A stretch of 64,000 nucleotides of DNA from an uncultured candidate division Zixibacteria bacterium. Lineage in GTDB: Bacteria > Zixibacteria > MSB-5A5 > GN15 > FEB-12. Position 1 is the stretch's first letter. Each line of letters begins with the position of its first letter. The position numbers were made by a program, and so were the translations under genes. The DNA lies in assembly GCA_963664195.1 (NCBI GenBank), contig OY760907.1, forward strand, positions 256,001-320,000. The letters are read 5' to 3'. Positions 61,318 to 64,000 of the stretch are shown one piece after another. A model generated the notes under the pieces. The model ran no database searches. It worked only from the letters and a program-made list of their open reading frames with translations, and was not told where the DNA came from.

Positions 61318-62715
61318 TCAACTGCGCTTCTTGGCCAGATGGACTGCCGTACCATGGGCGTCGTGGGCGGCTTCCATGATCGACTCAGAGATAACTGGGT
61401 GTCCAAAAATCAGATCGCCAACCTGCTTAACGGTCAGTTTGCGATTGATCGCCAATGCCGCGGTATGGATAATCTCAGTAGCATGAATCCCAACAATGTG
61501 CACGCCGAGCAGCCGGTCGGTCTTCTTGTCGCCGATCAGCTTAACCTCGCCGGCGATTTCATTCTCGGCGTGAGCTTTGCCGAGTGCCCGAAGCGGGAAC
61601 TTGCCGATTATCAGCTCATGGTCCTCAGCCGCCTGCTTCTCGGTCATACCGACAGAGGCAACTTCCGGATGCGTGAAGATAACCGAAGGCACGCCCAAGT
61701 AGTCCTTCTCTACTTTCTCGCCCAGGCAGTTGTCAACCGCCACGGTGCCGTCATGAGTGGCCGTATAGGCCAGAAGGATTTCGCCGCGAACATCACCAAT
61801 GGCGAATATGTTTTTGACGTTCGTGCGCATGTCAGCGCCGGTCTTGATCGAACCGTTTTTGTTTAGCTTGACGCCAACATCCTCAAGTCCCAGTTCCTCG
61901 GTATTGAATGCCCGACCAACCGACACCAGCGCCTGGCCGGCCTCAACCGTTGTACCGTTTGAAAGATTGGCAGTGATACCCTGCGAACCCGGGACGATAG
62001 ACTCGACCCTGGTTTTGGTATGCAGCTTGACTTTGAGCTTCTTCAGTTCCCTCTCGATCAGCTTTGAAGACCCTTCGTCCTCCATCGGCAGGGCGTGATC
62101 CATCATCTCGACCATCTCAACCTTGACGTCGAGCATCGACAGCATAAAGGCCCATTCGCAACCGATGACGCCCGCACCGATGATAAGCATCGACTCCGGA
62201 AGCTGCTCCAGTTCGAGCAAATGATCCGAAGTCAGAATCCAACGACCGTCGACCGGGAAAGACGGGATATTGACCGGCCGGGATCCTGTAGCAATTATGA
62301 TATTGTCAGCTTTGATTCTGGTCTCGTTGCCGTCGGCGCCGGTAATCGTGACGTGGTTGGGGTCGACAACCTTGCCGAATCCCTGAATATGAGTTACACC
62401 GTGAGATTTGAACAGCTGGGCGATTCCGCCCACGAGCTGCCCGACAATCTTGTCTTTGCGAGCCCGCATGGCGAGCCAATCGTATGATGCCCCGCCGTTA
62501 AGGGTGAGACCAAACTCATCCGCATGCTTCACGTTGCTGTAAACGGCCGCAGAGGCGATCAACGCTTTGGAAGGAATACAACCCCGATTGAGGCAGACTC
62601 CGCCCAACTCGCGATCTTCGATTACTGCAACGCTTGCGCCTTTCATGGCGGCTCTGATACCGGCAGTGTATCCGCCCGGGCCGCCGCCGATTATGACAAT
62701 CTGATACTGTTCGAT
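61318..62715 (-). CDS. lpdA: Dihydrolipoamide dehydrogenase (E3)
   Basis: IIGGGPGGY, GGVCLNRGCIPSK, IIATGS, GAGVIG, HPVISE; the ORF extends upstream of the track start to ATC at 62715. Confidence 0.95.
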   Translation of the reverse strand: MEQYQIVIIGGGPGGYTAGIRAAMKGASVAVIEDRELGGVCLNRGCIPSKALIASAAVYSNVKHADEFGLTLNGGASYDWLAMRARKDKIVGQLVGGIAQLFKSHGVTHIQGFGKVVDPNHVTITGADGNETRIKADNIIIATGSRPVNIPSFPVDGRWILTSDHLLELEQLPESMLIIGAGVIGCEWAFMLSMLDVKVEMVEMMDHALPMEDEGSSKLIERELKKLKVKLHTKTRVESIVPGSQGITANLSNGTTVEAGQALVSVGRAFNTEELGLEDVGVKLNKNGSIKTGADMRTNVKNIFAIGDVRGEILLAYTATHDGTVAVDNCLGEKVEKDYLGVPSVIFTHPEVASVGMTEKQAAEDHELIIGKFPLRALGKAHAENEIAGEVKLIGDKKTDRLLGVHIVGIHATEIIHTAALAINRKLTVKQVGDLIFGHPVISESIMEAAHDAHGTAVHLAKKRS

Positions 62716-62789
62716 GATTCCAGCTCCTTATTCCGTATTATGGCGACTAATGTAACGGTTATAACCGCACGGGCAAGCATTCTGTGCAC

Positions 62790-62820
62790 AAAAAAGCCGG
62801 CTCCAGAAGGAGCCGGCTTT
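62790..62820 (-). terminator. Rho-independent terminator
   Basis: aaagccggctcc-agaa-ggagccggcttt with a T run on the minus strand. Confidence 0.85.
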
Positions 62821-62863
62821 CTAAACATGTGGGCGGCATACTGAAGTCCGCTCCAGACTGGCC

Positions 62864-63400
62864 TTAGTCGCTAGCCGAGACAGTCACGATCACTCGCATT
62901 GAGTCGATCTCATACAGTCCCATACCGGCACTTGAGTAGCCGTAGTAATGAAACTCACCGGCTTCCACCAGCGTCTTGAGCGTCTCCGTGTTCTGTATCA
63001 CGCCCAGTGACTGACCGTAGGTGATGAAGTTGGCGCCGTTGGCAATCGTCAAACCGTCGACGATCTTCGTCGCGCTTGCCTGCACCGCTGCCAGACTCAT
63101 CAACTCAGCGTTGCCGGCATCGTCGATCCAGACATCAAACGTCGTTGCTGAGCCACTGGTATTGTCGATCCAAAGCTCAAAACCAACGACATCGATATTG
63201 TCGATGTTATCCTGATGGTCTTCCCAATCTTCATTATCGGTAAGATCTACGAAGTAGTAGTAGAATCCGTTGTCGGTCGTGAACTCTTCGTCCTCGACAA
63301 AGATAGTCACCACAAACGTTCCCGAGATCAGACATCCTACCAATAGGAAACAGGTCGCGACGAAGGCAGGAAGTCCCATTCTTTTTGCAAGTCGTGTCAT
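62864..63400 (-). CDS. Hypothetical lipoprotein
   Basis: GGAGG RBS; lipobox-like LLVGC. Confidence 0.7.
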   Translation of the reverse strand: MTRLAKRMGLPAFVATCFLLVGCLISGTFVVTIFVEDEEFTTDNGFYYYFVDLTDNEDWEDHQDNIDNIDVVGFELWIDNTSGSATTFDVWIDDAGNAELMSLAAVQASATKIVDGLTIANGANFITYGQSLGVIQNTETLKTLVEAGEFHYYGYSSAGMGLYEIDSMRVIVTVSASD

Positions 63401-63411
63401 GCGGTCACCTC

Positions 63412-63972
63412 CTATTTCCCACCGAAGTAAAAGTTAATGCCTCCGATCAGCGCAGCAGACTTCTTGGAAGAACTGCCTTCATGCGTGATCACGTGGAGTT
63501 TACCGCGCACGTCGAGATCGAGCTGCGGTGACAACCCCATAGCGAAACCAACACCGGCCGACCAGCCGAATTTGGTCTTGCTCTCGAGGAACGCCTCGGT
63601 ATCGTCGTTCTTGACATTGTAGAACCCGACACCGCCTACGAAAAACGGCTTGAACCCGGTTCCGGCCATGCCACCTGACAAAACACCATCTACACCGTAC
63701 ATCACCAGCTTGGAACCGTCGATATCCCACACCACGTCGTTAAACGTGTCCGGAGAGCCGTAACTGGAGAATGACAGTTTGGGTTCCACGATCAGGAACG
63801 GCATAGCCTCCAGCCGACCGCGGAACTCGAAAATCGATCCGGACTCCTGGTCATCCTGGACGATCGGCACATTGATGCCTCCCGAAGCGCCTACTCCCAG
63901 CGCAGGTGGCTGGGCCATCCCCCCGGCGGTCAGCAACAACACCGCAATCGCTGTCGTCAATAACCCTTTCAC
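63412..63972 (-). CDS. Small outer-membrane beta-barrel protein
   Basis: GGAGG RBS; signal peptide; KPFFVGGVGFY and GWSAGVGF; aromatic C-terminus INFYFGGK. Confidence 0.8.
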   Translation of the reverse strand: MKGLLTTAIAVLLLTAGGMAQPPALGVGASGGINVPIVQDDQESGSIFEFRGRLEAMPFLIVEPKLSFSSYGSPDTFNDVVWDIDGSKLVMYGVDGVLSGGMAGTGFKPFFVGGVGFYNVKNDDTEAFLESKTKFGWSAGVGFAMGLSPQLDLDVRGKLHVITHEGSSSKKSAALIGGINFYFGGK

Positions 63973-64000
63973 ACAAACCTCCCGTGTTGATATGATACCT

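Overview
Bacterial chromosome window, probably candidate division Zixibacteria (inferred from the 'MGDLTLMIDHLFISL' type dockerin-like tails and giant PKD and beta-helix surface proteins). Host genes flank about 50 kb of accessory DNA. On the left are a >2300-aa protein with 24 PKD and DUF11 domains and a large beta-barrel-like partner; on the right are tRNA-Met(CAT), a probable sigma54-driven small RNA, lpdA with an apparent ATC start, a lipoprotein and a small OMP. The accessory DNA is two tandem islands integrated at the tRNA-Met 3' end, marked by duplications at 9979-10005 and 23789-23821. Island B (~10.0-23.8 kb) is a satellite-like element with a large serine recombinase whose ORF runs through its att site, a P-loop replication protein containing iterons, and defence-like cargo: an HExxH peptidase + RAM-like + HTH cluster, an Mrr-like nuclease and IS200. 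Island A (~23.8-60.5 kb) has a tyrosine integrase, Xis and prim-pol core. Its cargo is an RHS-HNH toxin with orphan toxin/immunity modules, an ArdC-AAA-recombinase-RHH module, two very large secreted proteins (one split by IS481, itself split by IS256) and stacked att remnants containing tRNA-Ser-like 3' ends. All calls were made by eye; no database searches were run.
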